From the NCBI RefSeq assembly GCF_041146345.1, contig NW_027191404.1, forward strand, positions 2,728,001 through 2,792,000: a stretch of DNA of 64,000 bases, given 5' to 3'. Positions 48,616-62,318 of the stretch are shown piece after piece. How positions within the stretch are numbered: the stretch's first letter is position 1; each line of letters opens with the position of its first letter. The stretch is from Neodothiora populina. Its lineage: Eukaryota. Both the position numbers and the translations under genes were made by a program. The notes beneath the pieces were generated by a model. It was not told the origin of the DNA. It was given only the letters and a program-made list of their open reading frames with translations, and did no database searches.

Positions 48616-49995
48616 GACGTCAAGTGATATAACAATTCAAGTAGATGGTCGAAGCGAAGAAAGCAGGAAGTTAATATCGCAGAAAGATCACAATCTCTAG
48701 CTCATCGTGAGATCAACCAAATCCGAGAGAGGAGGGCATCAATGCCTCTTGAATCTATCTAAGCTCCGATGACAGCTCTAGCTGATGGATTGGCAGATGT
48801 GGGTGTTCCAATGGCGCCGTCTGTGACCCTCGCACGAAGAGCGCGACATGCATGTGTCAAGCTCTGTAAAAATCGAATTATAGTGTGAGATTGCGTGCTT
48901 TGATTAAGCAGCAATGGATGCATGTGATACATTGCAGATCACAGATAACTTATCAAGTTATAGTATGGCTCGCTGTCGTACGAGTGCTACTATGGAAGTA
49001 TTCGTGATGAAGGCTTGACTACAAGTGACTATGTATGATTAGGTCCTACCATCGTTCTACTGTACTTGGAAACGAGGTCAGAGTATGATGAATGTTGGAA
49101 ATAGTGCTTTGGAGAAAGTCCGTCCTGCAGAGCTGCTAGATTAGGATGAGATAGGCCCGTATTGTTCTCAGACGATACATCAGACTCGGTTTACTATCCA
49201 GATCACATTCTTCGCTCTGCTATTGGGTGTTAATTACCGTCCCAGAACTGGCTTGCGACGAAATGCAATGCCCGTGGGGTATAGCTAGAGGAGCTAGCAT
49301 CTCAACGCTATCAGTGACAGTTTCATACATTGACAGGGCTGACGGCAGTCGGACACAATGATGTAGAAATAAATAGCAAGTAGTATGCAGATCGTTTGGC
49401 AAGCTTACAGAGTACGCGTGGTAGTAGTCACGCAGTTGATCGAATAAGGACAGCCTCGGGCGCAGACTACGTTACCTTACAGTGCTATCGGGAAAACCTC
49501 GGATGTATCTGGATCCCCTCACGGATGTCGCGCCCCTACTGAGCACCAGTCAACCTCTAGACCTTCGATCTGCATAAGTTGATTACTATGTGAGCACTGT
49601 TGATGTACCGCATCACTGCCTGAATGCTGGACGTCGGATGCTCTTCCCACGGACCGTGAAATTTGGGGTGGAATATAAATTTCTTGTGAACACCCCTCAG
49701 GCAGAATTGGGGTATATTGCATAAACAACGCAAGAAAATGACTACGTGTGCTCGTCGTTCAATGTATGGTATTTTGGTTTGGAGAGCAGCGCTATCCAAA
49801 AGTGCTACGAATTGATCGCACACACTATATGGAGTCGAATGGGAGCGTCTCCATATCGCCGTTTATGTGTATATGAGGTATGGTGAGCTTACTACGTGTT
49901 TCAGCATCCAGATTGCGTGGCCACATATCATCTGCACTAAGACGAGCCATGATGATTTGTCTCCACAGGCCAGTCTTGCGAGCTCTCGACGCAGC

Positions 49996-50005
49996 ATGAT
50001 GCCAT
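49996..50005. promoter_or_regulatory. CYS3/MetR-type sulfur-response palindrome
   Basis: ATGATGCCAT matches ATGRYRYCAT perfectly, about 110 bp upstream of the MFS ATG; 9/10 matches at 48614-48623 and 48811-48820 on the monooxygenase side. Confidence 0.45.
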
Positions 50006-50116
50006 CGGGTATTATAGACCATCTTCACGACATACATAAAGCGAGAGCCGCGATGAGGCATGGTTCATTCCATCAGCTCCTTCATCTCGTTCAAGAGCCC
50101 CCTACAGCTCTCGACC

Positions 50117-51616
50117 ATGGAATTCGAAGTTGAACGACACGAAGAAAAGTACCATGGCGGAGTCAGTGAACGTCTTCATAGATTCTATCGCGGGACAACA
50201 TTCCAGGCCATCATTCTTGGCTTGGTAAGTTTTACACAACCAGGAATATGGACTGCTCTGAATAGTATGTAACAAAGTTCAAAAGAGCTCAGGCAGACCA
50301 GCTGACTCGAATTAGACCTTGGTGCTGGCGGACAAGCGTCCCCTCAAGTTGTGAATGCGGCTAATGTGCTTACTTTCGGTATCATGGTATTTTTCTGTCC
50401 CCTTTGCGCCGTCTTCGGCAATCGTTTCAATCTCAAATGGGTGCTGGTTTTCGGGACCATTGGCTACGTACCTTATTGTGCTGCTCTATACACAAACACC
50501 GTGTATGGCAATGAATGGTTCCTGATCTTCGGCGCTGCTACATGTGGTTTCTCCGCTGCAGCATTGTGGACCGCAGAGGGCGCAATAGTCGTTGGATATC
50601 CCGAGGCCGATCGAAGAGGCTTCTGCGTAGCTATTTGGCTTGCTCTGAACAAGATCGGGTCTCTGATAGCTAGTGGCATTCAGCTAGGCCTCAACGTAGA
50701 GTCCGACAAGGCGGGAGGCATCAGTCCACAGACCTATCTCGTTCTCGTAGGTCTCACCTGCGCAGGACTGCCTCTAGCCTTCCTGCTTGCACCATCCAAT
50801 AAGCTTATCAGAAGAGACGGTAGCAGACCACATGCGAGATCGACCAAGACACCGATGAAGCAAGGATTCGCTGATTTCTGGACAGTCTGTAGAAGCAGAC
50901 ACATCTACATGCTCGTTCCCATCTTCATCACTGCACAGTGGGGTCAGACGTATAACGGCAACTACTTGGCCGCCTACTTCTCAGTCCGAGGCCGTACTCT
51001 TGCGGGATTAATCGTGACACTTATCGGGATCGCGGTCAACTTCCTTGCCGGAGCCTTCATGGACTGCAAATACCTACGGCGCTCAACACGCTCGAGATGC
51101 ATGTGGCTGTTCATATTAGTCACATACGTCGGCGGCTGGATATATCAATTTTACACCCAGGCCATGTACGAGAGGCAAGATCCTAGACCAGTCTTTGACT
51201 GGTCTTCGCCTGAGTACGGGCGGGCAATCGGGGCTTACTTCTTGTATAGGATCGGCTACGAGTGCGCAGGACCATGGATGTACTGGGTTCTGGGAACGTA
51301 TGACACGGAATTTGACACGCTAGCGTTGACAGCCGCACTGCTTCGCGCAGGCGAGTCGCTGGGATCGGCGTGCAGTTACGGAGTTGGTGCTAGTAATGCT
51401 AGTCTCATGACGAATCTTATTGTCGCCGCCGTTGTCTGGTTCGCCTCGGTGCCGTCGGCGTCGTACAGTGCGTGGATTGTCCAAGATGTGCGCACCGGAG
51501 GAACGTTGGAGGGTAGGCTTGCAGACGACTCGTCATCATCAAGTGAGCGATGGAGAGGGGATGCTGATGGCAAGGTCGTCGAGGTTAATGGAAAGATTAT
51601 CGATGGTGACGTGTAA
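50117..51616 (+). CDS. MFS transporter, UNC-93-like (DUF895-type); 2 exons
   Basis: FQAIILGLVSFTQPGIWTALN|NLGAGG; intron 50265-50315; LWTAEGAIVVGYPE..RG; YFSVRGR; about 12 hydrophobic segments; frame intact. Confidence 0.88.
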
Positions 51617-52581
51617 TCAATATCTATAATGAGTAGCGCGACTAAAAATCTTCAATATGACTACTTGTACATTGCCATCTATCAATTCATTATCGCCGCG
51701 CAATTTCGAAGATTTCACCATTGATCCTTATTCCGGAGCCCTCTGCACCCCAAATTGAGGTAATGTAGCGACAAGCTGACGAGGATCAGGACCGTTGCAA
51801 CCTTTTTCAGAAAATCGAAAGTTTTCTTCATCACCCCCGACTTACAGCGGACTCATACAAGGTGAGGCCGCTGGTTCTCATAGGGACGGGCCCAGACGCG
51901 AAAAGAACCCGAGTATGCCATCAGACAAATCATATCAATTCAGCTGGACGTCCATAATTGCGTGATAGTACGTGGACGAGCCCATCGGCTGTTTGAAATT
52001 TGACAACAGGCTTCGCGAACATAGGTAGTTTGTCGACCCCAATACAAATGTACGCATTATACGATATCTTTGATTAAAAACATACTGTTATTCGTTAGAA
52101 AAGTAATTGGAGTCGCCTAGCGTAGAAAGGCAAACTGTAAGTAATCGTTCCAATTTTTGCTTATACAAGTAGAGTTGACCACTATTCTTAATGTGCGAAC
52201 GCTTCCATTAGCACGACGGCATATATCAAGCCATGTGTATATTCCAGAACAGGCGTTGTTATCTTTGAATCCGTGGTGTTGGTACTAGCGATCGTTGCCT
52301 TGCAGGTTCTTATCTCGTCTCACAGGGACCGTACTGATCAAGCGGCTAATGCTCCTGTGTTATGCAGACCATTCCCACCTGCCTATTATTGCAAGTGGAG
52401 CCTCTGTATCGTTCGTTCAGTCGAAGAGGTGGTAATAAAGCAACGCCGCAGCGGCCACATACATCACGCCACAGTGCAGGTACATATATTATGTCAGTCC
52501 TAGCACACCACATGCCTTGATTCTGGCTGCCTTTCAAACCGTTCCATACGTGGCACTGGTCACAAAAGCGAACACACGAGA

Positions 52582-54466
52582 ATGTCAACCGAAACGACCT
52601 TCCATGCCGATGAGCATACGCCCCTGGTTGGAGATGATAGCCTTGATTTATCAGCGTCAAACACAGACACGTCAACCTCCAACGGGAGAGTCCCAATTAG
52701 AACACAGCTTGTCGCAATTCTGTTCGTGTGCGTTCTCTACTTTGATGTGTACGTCTGCCCTGCACCGGAGACCAGCATCCGCGAAGAAATCATCTGCAAG
52801 ACGTATTATAACCGGCTCGATAAGGCCACATCTGCGACGGATCCAGCTGAGCTTGATTGCACAGTTGATGACGTGCAGAAAGAGTTGAATCTAGTGAATC
52901 AAGTCTATGTCACCCTTACGCAAATACCAGGTAAGATCCGAACTTCAGTTGAGATTGGGGACTTGCCTGTACATGACTACATCCTATAGACACATGCATT
53001 CTAGAAGGAATGGTTTTCACGCTACAAAATCAGGGACTAAATTCTCGCAATAGGTTTCCTCCTTGCCCTTCCTTATGGCATTTTAGGTACCGGGTCTTTA
53101 GATCGATTTTATCTTGCTGAATTCCCACAATAGCCGACCGAATTGGTCGCAGAAAAAATCTCTCTCTCTGCATCGTAGGAATCACCTTATGCGACACTTT
53201 CAAATTGCTCTTTAGTAAGTAGCCACCCGGTTGCAATACTGTCATTAGCGTTGTATTAACAAGGTAAGCTTGGCAATCGGATCTCTTTCCCTTGAGAGCC
53301 ATATGGCTAGCGCCTCTGTTCAGGCTTATTGGAGGTGGAGATGCCGTTGCTGCAACAGTAATTCTAGCGGCATTGGCAGACGTCTACTCAGAGGAGGAAA
53401 GGTCAGCCTTGCTGATCATTTTGTAGACACTTGGAGGTGCTGACATATAACTAGAGCGACTGTGTTTGCAAGAGTGGCTTCGGCGGCAACTGCTTGTGAA
53501 CTTTTGTCACCACTCATCGGATCTGCCCTAATGCTGAAAAATCCGTGGATTCCAGTTGTTCTAGGATTTGCAATGCTCCCATTAGGCGTTTCTCTAACAC
53601 TCATGCTGCTGCCGGAGACGCTCGTACAGCGACCGACTTTGGAAGATGGTGTTGAGGCTCGCGCCGTAGCTAAGATGCATCCATTCAAATCTCGAGATAT
53701 AAGAGATCGAATCTTGGCCATGTTCGCAGAGTTTCAGCAATGTCTCGTGTCGCTGCTCGCTATTGAATATGTCACTTTCCTTCTGTTTGGTTTCTTTGCA
53801 GCTACCGTCGGTAGTCTAGCTGCTGGTTTCGAGCTGCAATACGTCCACAAGCGTTATGGTTAGGGATATGTCTACGTAAGTCTCGATTTTGCATTAGCTT
53901 TTAATCTACGGTTTAACCTACTAAAGTCTCAATTAACATATCCTCAGGCTGGCTCTGTATTAGCTATAAGACCATTTATAACCCTTGTCGTGCTTCTGAT
54001 TCTCATACCAGCAGCCACCAAGATCCTCGTCGAGAGGTTCGGTATTGCAAGTGCTCGGAAAGATCTTCTCCTAGCACGCGCTAGCGTTGCATTACTCACT
54101 ATCGGTACGCTACTCCTAAGCGTCTCCGAAGTCTCTTCCCTCGCCGTCCTGTCCTTTGTTATTTTTGCGCTCGGAAACGCCTTCCCTACCATAGGAAAAA
54201 GCTTGCTCACCACTCTCGGCCCCCCCGAAATGGCTGGAACCCTATTGTCCGCGATGAACGTCAGTGCCGCCCTTGGAGCAGTAATTGCTGGGCCAGTTAT
54301 CACTGTTACCTTCAATCTAGGTCTGAGGTGGGGCGGAGTATGGGTTGCGACGCCTTTGTTCTTCGTTACGCTACTCTATGCATTGACCTTCGGCTCCATG
54401 TGCATAATGAAGGCTCCGCACAAGCACGAGGATGATGCTAGCGAGGAAGAAGCAAGGGAGGGTTGA
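52582..54466 (+). pseudogene. MFS transporter with a single in-frame TAG; 6 exons
   Basis: Introns 52931-53053, 53087-53133, 53215-53268, 53402-53454, 53876-53947 give REEIICKTYY..C..DDVQKEL, LALPYGILADRIGRRK, LIGGGDAV, RKDLLLARAS. The only lesion found is TAG 53861-53863 in HKRYG*GY. Confidence 0.82.
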
Positions 54467-55782
54467 ATATCGAGGATATGTCAATCTTGTACTAGCTACA
54501 ATGAGTGCCGAGTGGGTCAGGCGTGATCGAAACACAGTTTGAATTGATGGCATATAAACATGAGATCCCTTGTTACGGAGGGGCTAACTAGGCCCGAGTT
54601 CTGTACGCCCGACTCAATTTCAGTCCTCTGGTGATATATTTTGATACACATCAGATCTCCGCACTGATGGCTCGAGATGTGCGGCTTATCAGAGAGTAGA
54701 GCTTCGAGAAGCAAGAATTGGTCCGGAGTGTCTATTTATTTATTTCATCGCGATACTTCCATGCGTGTGAGGCTCCTGGCGAGTTTATCATTGCTGCTGA
54801 TTGTACAGCATGTAGCTCCGTGGCAAGAAGAGCAATACGATCTATTCACGACTGTGTGATACCCACTGCATGCACTTGCGACATAACTACTACGCAGTAA
54901 TTTGCGCATTTGACATGAATTCTAAGGAAAGGCAACGGTCTCATGGGGCCAGCTTCAATGGCTTCTAGGCTGTTTTCGACTTACTTGTGCAGTACCTGCA
55001 ATACGCTAGCAGCGTCAACTCAAGCTTGGTGCATCAATCATTTATACCTCTTCTGGGATTGAAAAGAATTGAGAAGAGCGTGTACAAACTTCTGTTGTCG
55101 TCTCCTCGACTCTTAAAGATCTACTTCCCGTTTTAGGAAATAAAAAATGAGCCCTGTGAAAGATTACAGAATCTCCTCGATAATTATGCTACAAAGATAA
55201 GCGTTCGGCACGAAACTCTGTTCGAAGAGATATATGGGCTAGCGCCATAACGTTGTCATGAATGACTTGGCATGCGAATTAAGGTGTAATTAGCTGCGCT
55301 GCAAGATAAGGTAGAGTACCTTAACCTTGAAGGTAAGGTGTGTTGCCGAGCTCCGGTGAGGGTCATCCATCGCTACTATGCAGCTGCAGCTTCGATATGT
55401 ACGTCCACTGATACTGTAACATGAGTGGCCAATACTGACAAAACAACTGCTGGGAGTAGTCTGGTAGTATTGTAGATGACTCAAGTAATAGAACTTCGGT
55501 GATCTCCGTCAAATAGGTGGCGCGAGTCGACAGACATGGTAGGTGGCAGTGGGCGCTTTCGAGCTACTCAGCCCACGCTTGTCTGTGAATGCTGCGACGA
55601 AGACAAATAGGTCAGCCAAATCATAGCCATCCGCTACTTTGGCCTCTACGCGACAGCCAGCCGTCTGCTTCAGCCATACATCACATCTCTTCCAGTCGAA
55701 CATCTTGCACTGCACCTTTGATCAATCTAAGAAACCCTTGATGAGAGTAGGAATCGGAAATGCGTGAATAAACAGACTAACT

Positions 55783-58700
55783 ATGAGTTTCCGTTGCCCG
55801 CACGATGCGGACCATTCCTTCGGCCCTCGTGTGTCACCAGAGTGTCGTTCCTTCGATTTTACCCTGCTCTTCGAGCCACAACTAAAGCCTTCACCAATAT
55901 AGTCATTGATCACGATGTATATGGTCACCAACTTAGTATCACTCGTCTGCATGGGCACTGCGCAGATCCCTAAGATGCGTACCACTGTGCTGGCCACAAC
56001 ACTCGATTTGATAGTGGCGGCATGCATGCTTCCTCTATCGCACCTTGAGCATGTCAAAACTTTCAGACCATCTAGTCTGCTCTGCGCCTTTTTATTCATG
56101 GCTCTGCCTCTCAACATCGCGCAGACCCGCACTTATTGGCTATTTCCCGACCAATGGACGGTTTATGCCGCATGCTATACTGCAACTTTCACGCTTAAGG
56201 CCCTCATTTTGATTCCGGAATAATCATGGGATAAGACTCGGCTGCTGTCGACAAGTGACCGAGAGAGAAGTCCCGAGGAGAGGGCAAGAATCCTCAAGAG
56301 AAGAGTATTCGTTTGGCTCATGTCCTCTTCATCAAGGGTTTGCGGAACAGCTTCAGCTTTAGCGATCTCTATGCCGCCGATGAAGCCTTGCGCTCTCGAG
56401 TGCTTTCTGAACGACTGCAAAGGTCTTGGGGTATCAGTAGTAAGTACTTGATTGAGACACATGCATTTTGATACATTTTCTCACGCGGAACATCAGGCCA
56501 CAAAGGACGCTACGATTTAGCTTGGTCAATGTTTCGAAGCTTGTTATGGCCACTGCTGCGGCCAATAGCCCCACACTTGATTCTCATTGCCTTCAAGTTC
56601 TCCCAGCCTTTCCTTGTTCAAAGAGTGTCGGATTACCTCAGTCATAGTGATGCAGCTAGTGATGCCGTGATCGGTCATGGCTTGGTCGGCGCTTACGGTC
56701 TGGTATACATCGGACTAGCGGTGAGATACGCTGTGATGTGCTTTAGGCGAAGACTAATATGTTGCCCAGGTTAGCAAAGGTTGCTACTGGCACTATCAAT
56801 ATCGTTTTATCACAATGGTGAGAGGTGCTTTGGTGAGCATTATTTACCAGAAAACCCTCTCTGTCGATGCAGCTTTAGTGTCCGGCTCGCAAGCCACCAC
56901 ATTGATGAGTGCTGACATCGAACAAATCGCTGTCGGACTCCAGTCGTTGAATGAGCTTTGGGCGAATTTTGTAGAAGCCATTGTGGGGCTGTGGCTTTTG
57001 GAGCGACAGATTGGTCTATCGTTCTTAGCAGCGGCCATCATAGCAATAAGTGAGCCTTACAAGAATTGCAACAAGAAAGCACTGCTGATCCTTTCCAGTC
57101 TGCGCAGTCCTTGCGTCGATCGTTGCTGGCGTTGCTGCATCTCGTCAGAAGCACTGGTTAACGGCAATGGAGCGACGAATACACGAGACCACAAGATTCC
57201 TGCAATCCAGCAAGAGCATTAAGATGCCGGGTCTCGAAGACAAGGTGTCGGAGACCATTGCGTCACTGAGAGCAGCTGAACTTCGGAAGGGCGTGCATTG
57301 GGTTAGTCGGACTATCCATCTATGGAGGACACGATGTCTTGACAAAGAACCATTCCCGCACAAACCTCAGCTGGCCATGGTGCACTAGCACTAGGTAAGC
57401 AAGCTATCTCGGAAGAACCGAATCATCAGCTGACACCGTAAGCCTTTATACCCCAGCTTCTAGGACCCCCTGTCGTGTTCGGTCTGTTCATCTTCACACA
57501 AGAAGAGTGACGCAGCATTAAACACCATACGTCTTTTCGGATCACTAGCTATTCTGTCATTGGTAACGATCCCCCTCAACAATCTCTTTCAAACGCTAAC
57601 AGCAGTGAGTGCAGCTTTCAGTTGCCTTTATCGATTTCAGACTTATCTGCGACTTGCCGATGTCAGAGATACCCGAGATGTCAACAAGCCAGATGTCTCA
57701 ATCGTGGCTCAATCGGTGGAAAACGCAACTCCGGCATTCACAATCCGTAATGGCGCATTCTGTTGGAAGGCTGATACCCAACCAGTCCTGCAGAATGTCA
57801 ATTGCTCGCTGCTACGTGGCAAGTTGACGTTACTGATCGGCCCTGTCGGTTGTGGGAAGTCGACACTCCTGCAAGCACTCCTCGGAGAGATGGTTCCAGC
57901 TCGAGGTGTCGTTGAACACTCGGCCTCCAAGATTGTCTTCTGTGCGCAGGATCCGTGGCTGACAAATTCGACGATTCGCTCGGCCATTATCGGAGCCTCA
58001 GATGTTGATGATGAGTGGTACACAACTGTCTTGAACGCGTGTGACTTGACTGAAGACATGGCTAGTGTGCCGAGAGGAGATAACACTGTTACAGGAAGTT
58101 CGGGAAGCGCATTGAGTGGTGGACAAAAGCAAAGACTGGTGAGTCACTCTCTGCAGACCCTGTATTCCTAAATCCTCCTTTCGGCTTCGTTGACCTCGCC
58201 AGACACTCGCACGAGCAATTTACTCTAGGGCACCTGTATTCTTGTTAGATGATATTCTCAGTGGCCTCGATAGGCGCACAGAAGAACGCACCTTGGCAAA
58301 TCTTTTCAGCCCCGACGGACTGCTTAAGAAGGCGCTCCAGAGCACAGTAGTTCTTGTTACTCATGCTAGTAGGTCTTGCTGCCCACTATCGAGCTCAATC
58401 TCTGACAGTCATATAGAAAGACATCTTAGGTTAGGCGATCATGTTGTTGCGATAAATGCGGCCGGCAATGGGACCAAGGATGGTCCCCCGAGTCACTTCG
58501 AGAATTGTATGGATATGATTTTACGTGACAAGTCCCACGATGACGAGACGTCGCAACCTGCATTAAACTTCATGAGCATGCTTGTCAGTCAGCAAGCGGG
58601 TCAAGCACCGGAACTACCAACAGAACCCATAATTATCGAAGACACGACTCTTGGACTTTCCGACGGCGAAGTGTTTCTTCATTACCTTAGAGCCGTCTCT

Positions 58701-60870
58701 GTTCCATTGTTTTTCCGTTCATTTTAGGATTAGCCATTGCCGGCTTTCCGGAAAGATTTCCTAGTAGGCTCCTCCTCCCTCAGCCTTCCATTTCGTTATG
58801 TTTAAGTCCGAAGTTAACTTCAGGCCCCGAAACGTATCTCAGAGGAGTGCTTGGTTAGGCTGACGACTTTCAACCTTTTAGCATACAGGTCCCAAGTATG
58901 GGGTGAAGCCAACGAAAAAGCTCCAGGATCTTCGAACAACAGATTTTATTGGGGTGTCTTTACTCTACTTCAATTACTCGCATTGATCGATGTGCTTTGG
59001 GCAGTATGGTGGGAATATTTGCAAACCGTGTCTCGTTCTTAGAAGCCTCTAATACTTGCAGGCATCTATTTATGTTCATCATCCCTAGGTCAGGTAAACG
59101 TCTACATGGTTAGTAGCTCTATCTATATACCCTTCCATGAAACCATGAGATTGTTCTATGTCTGTCACTAAATACGAATGCAGCGGAATTACTAGCAGCT
59201 GTTCTAGGCGCGTCACCCGCATTCCTCAGCCGAATGGATGTCGGAACCATTACGAACAGGTTCCCGCAAGATCTGCTACTAATAGACACTCGGCTGCCAA
59301 TTTCACTCCTCAACTCTGGTTCTTATCTGGCGGCAGCCATCGTAAGGCTCGCTCTGATAGCTTCGGCGTCGGTGTTGATATTGGCCACTGCTCCTTTCCT
59401 CTTTGCGGTACTCTACCTGGCCCAAAGATTCTACCTTCGCACCTCAAAGAGCATGAGGCTGTTCGATCTCCTGGCCAAAGCGCCCCTGTGTTCACACTTT
59501 CCTGATGCGCTTAAAGGCTTGGCGACCATCCGCGGCTTCGGGTGGACGGAGAAGCTCCGAGCTGACAACGATATACTGCTCGACACATCTCAACGGCCGT
59601 ACTATCTCACGTACTGTATTCAGCGTGAGTACCACTATGCGTCGGCTTGTCGAGATATTGATCACTGACACAATTCCTGTGCAAGTTGGTTGACATGCGT
59701 TCTGGACCTCGTGGTTGCCGGCCTCGCCGTCACGGTCATGGGACTCGCAGTGGCATTTCGGCATAGAGGGAGCGCACCTACTTTTGGTTTGGCCTTACTG
59801 AATCTCAGATCTCCCGGGTCAACCCTTGAGGCGGTCGTCACAGAGTACACTCAGCTCGAGACATCGAATGGGCCTGATGCAAGGATCAAGAACTTTTCCG
59901 ATACCACGCCACGAGAAGCTACTACTACTTCATAGGGCGCTGCTGTTGATACTTTCCCAGAAGGAGGTATAGAGCTCTTCGAAACCTCTGAAGCCAACCA
60001 TACTGTTGTGGAATTCAAGAATGTGATCGCAACTTCCGGGTAAGTGATGTGCCATCGATAGATCAACAAATTTAAACGTCTTCGGATGCGTAGCTCAAGC
60101 GGACGAAGAGTACTCGACGGCCTGTCTCTGAAATCCCGCACGGGCGAGAAATTGGCCATCTGTGGGCGAAGCGGAAGGTCGGAACTCTCTTTGTTTTTGG
60201 AATCCGAGATGATGGCCATGTTTCTGACTCGATGACAGTGGAAAATCAACCTTACTTCAGGTATTGCTCAAAATATTGGACGTTTCCGAGGGTAGTCTCG
60301 TGGTCCTGGGAAAGGACACCACATACATACCACCGCGTATCCATCGTAAAAGGTTCAATACGATTCCCCAAGAATCATACTTCTTTCAAGGCACCTTTCG
60401 AGAGAATCTGACCCGTGGCGATGACGTCCGCGACGATCTAATTTTACGAGCCCTCAGTAAAGTCGGTTTGCAGCAGAAAGTCCTGGGCCTTGGTGGAATT
60501 GATCATGATCTCGAGCCAGAAACGTTCTCGTCGGGCGAGTGTCAGCTCCTATCCCTAGCTAGAGCAATTCTGCATCCCACCAAGATTCTCTTGCTTGATG
60601 AAGCGGCGAGCAGGTAAGTGCCAGCCCTAGTTTTTTTTCTTACCATGATCAATTTCCTTCCATCTGAGTGCAGCCACTAATAAATGCAGTGTCGATGCCA
60701 AGACGGACAAGAAGATGGACGACATCATGTGGGAAGAATTCAAGTCAGACACCATTATTGCCGTGTTACACAAGCAGGAGGCGTTACACCGCTTTGATCG
60801 TGTGATCATCCTCGATCAAGGCAAGATCGCGTATCAAGCGCGACCTCCTGAATTGCAGCTTGCAAATTGA
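55783..60870 (+). pseudogene. Full-size ABCC (MRP-type) exporter, multiply disabled
   Basis: N-terminal DHSFGP..CRSFDFTLLFE; NBD1 GPVGCGKST, LSGGQKQR, LLDD; NBD2 GRSGS-GKST, FSSGECQ, LLDE. Stops at 55900, 56221 and 59933, several frameshifts, and an apparent deletion after the first ~30 codons. Confidence 0.9.
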
Positions 60871-62318
60871 TGTGACAGCGAGCGACTATCGAGCATAAAC
60901 AGCATACTATGCACAGACATAAATTCATATGGCGCAGCGCAGAGGTCTCGAATTTGTCAAAGTGAAGTAGCTTATGCTGTGTCCATTACCACTTCGGCTT
61001 CAAAGGATTAAGATCTTGTCTTTTATCTTCCTTCCACTGATATACATTCTGATATCATGCAGAGCAAATCTATAAAGAGTGCTCTCGTAAAGCACGTGCA
61101 TATGTAGTTTGCTGAAGTGGTTTCCGTCGAGCTTGAACCTGATTATGTAGGACTTGCCAGTCCTCTTGTATGTTGTCTAATCTTGCACGACCGAACCATG
61201 GCGCCAGCTGATCTGCGATCCTTATAACATTATAGAGCATTGCTATTCACCTGTATCCTTGTCCGGATGTTTGAGATTGTGGGCAACCCTCTGACGTGGC
61301 CCACGATGACATCTTGCCTCCCATGTAGCCAGTGTATGTCAAAACAAAGCTACGAAGCAATACCCTCGGATCCAAGACCAGCTTTTGGAGTCTTGCGCAG
61401 GGTCATACGTGCAGGTAAGCAGCGCTAGGAGAAGGACGACGCAACAGCATATTGCGGTATTTGTATGTCCAGACGATGTTAAGGTTGAAGAAAAGTCTGG
61501 GCTTAGTATAGGAAAACCAAAACGAGCGAAAGGCTGCGAGGGGATGCCGTAAGTTGTAGTGGAAGACATTGTTACTATCATGTCGTTGACAGGACTACTT
61601 GACTTTTATTCATCACTCATGTTGGAAGCAGTCAGTCTGCTGTGGAGTTATGTATGATGTGGTACAAAATTGCTGTGGGAGAAGTGGAATCGAGCAATAA
61701 TCTTAGAAGCGGAGACGTATATAATCAAAATGGATTAGCTGCAAGACAAGTGCATCTAGGATGACTATAAATCGCAGATCACTTTGCCCGTTCTGCCGAT
61801 TCCGTATAGGACGCCGAGGTTCTGCATTGTTCGGCATGAGCTTCATATAATATTTGCAGGTCAACTTAGATCTACAGTACCTCAGGTGTGCAAACCAGGC
61901 GACCCATGTTGCACCGATAGGACCTGATCAGCTAATTTGCAATACAGCTCAAAATCCATTGGCGTCTACAGGGTGAATGATCAAAAAGTGCTACAAGATT
62001 TATCGCTGCTGATCTTGATCACTTTCTGGGATATGAGTCTACAGGATTAAGATGCTAATGCAAATGACATACATGACTTTGAATATCTCCAATACCTTAG
62101 TATGAATGTCCACAACTCATGCAGTTGTAAAACAGAGATTAGGTGAGCTACAAAGAAACTTCTAGCAATGCAATACTGTAGACCTCAGATATCTGTACTA
62201 GAGTATGAATTTCTAAGCTATAGAGAAAGTAACACCACGTTGATCGTTTCCCGCTAGACGTCCATCCTCAAGCACAGAAACTCCTCTCAATTCCTGGATC
62301 CGTCCTATGAAAATACAT

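Noticed and set aside
35186..60870. Treating the accessory genes as one active biosynthetic or psilocybin-like cluster
   Set aside because: Genes are kb apart, most are disabled, and no kinase, methyltransferase, tailoring P450, PKS/NRPS or regulator is visible.
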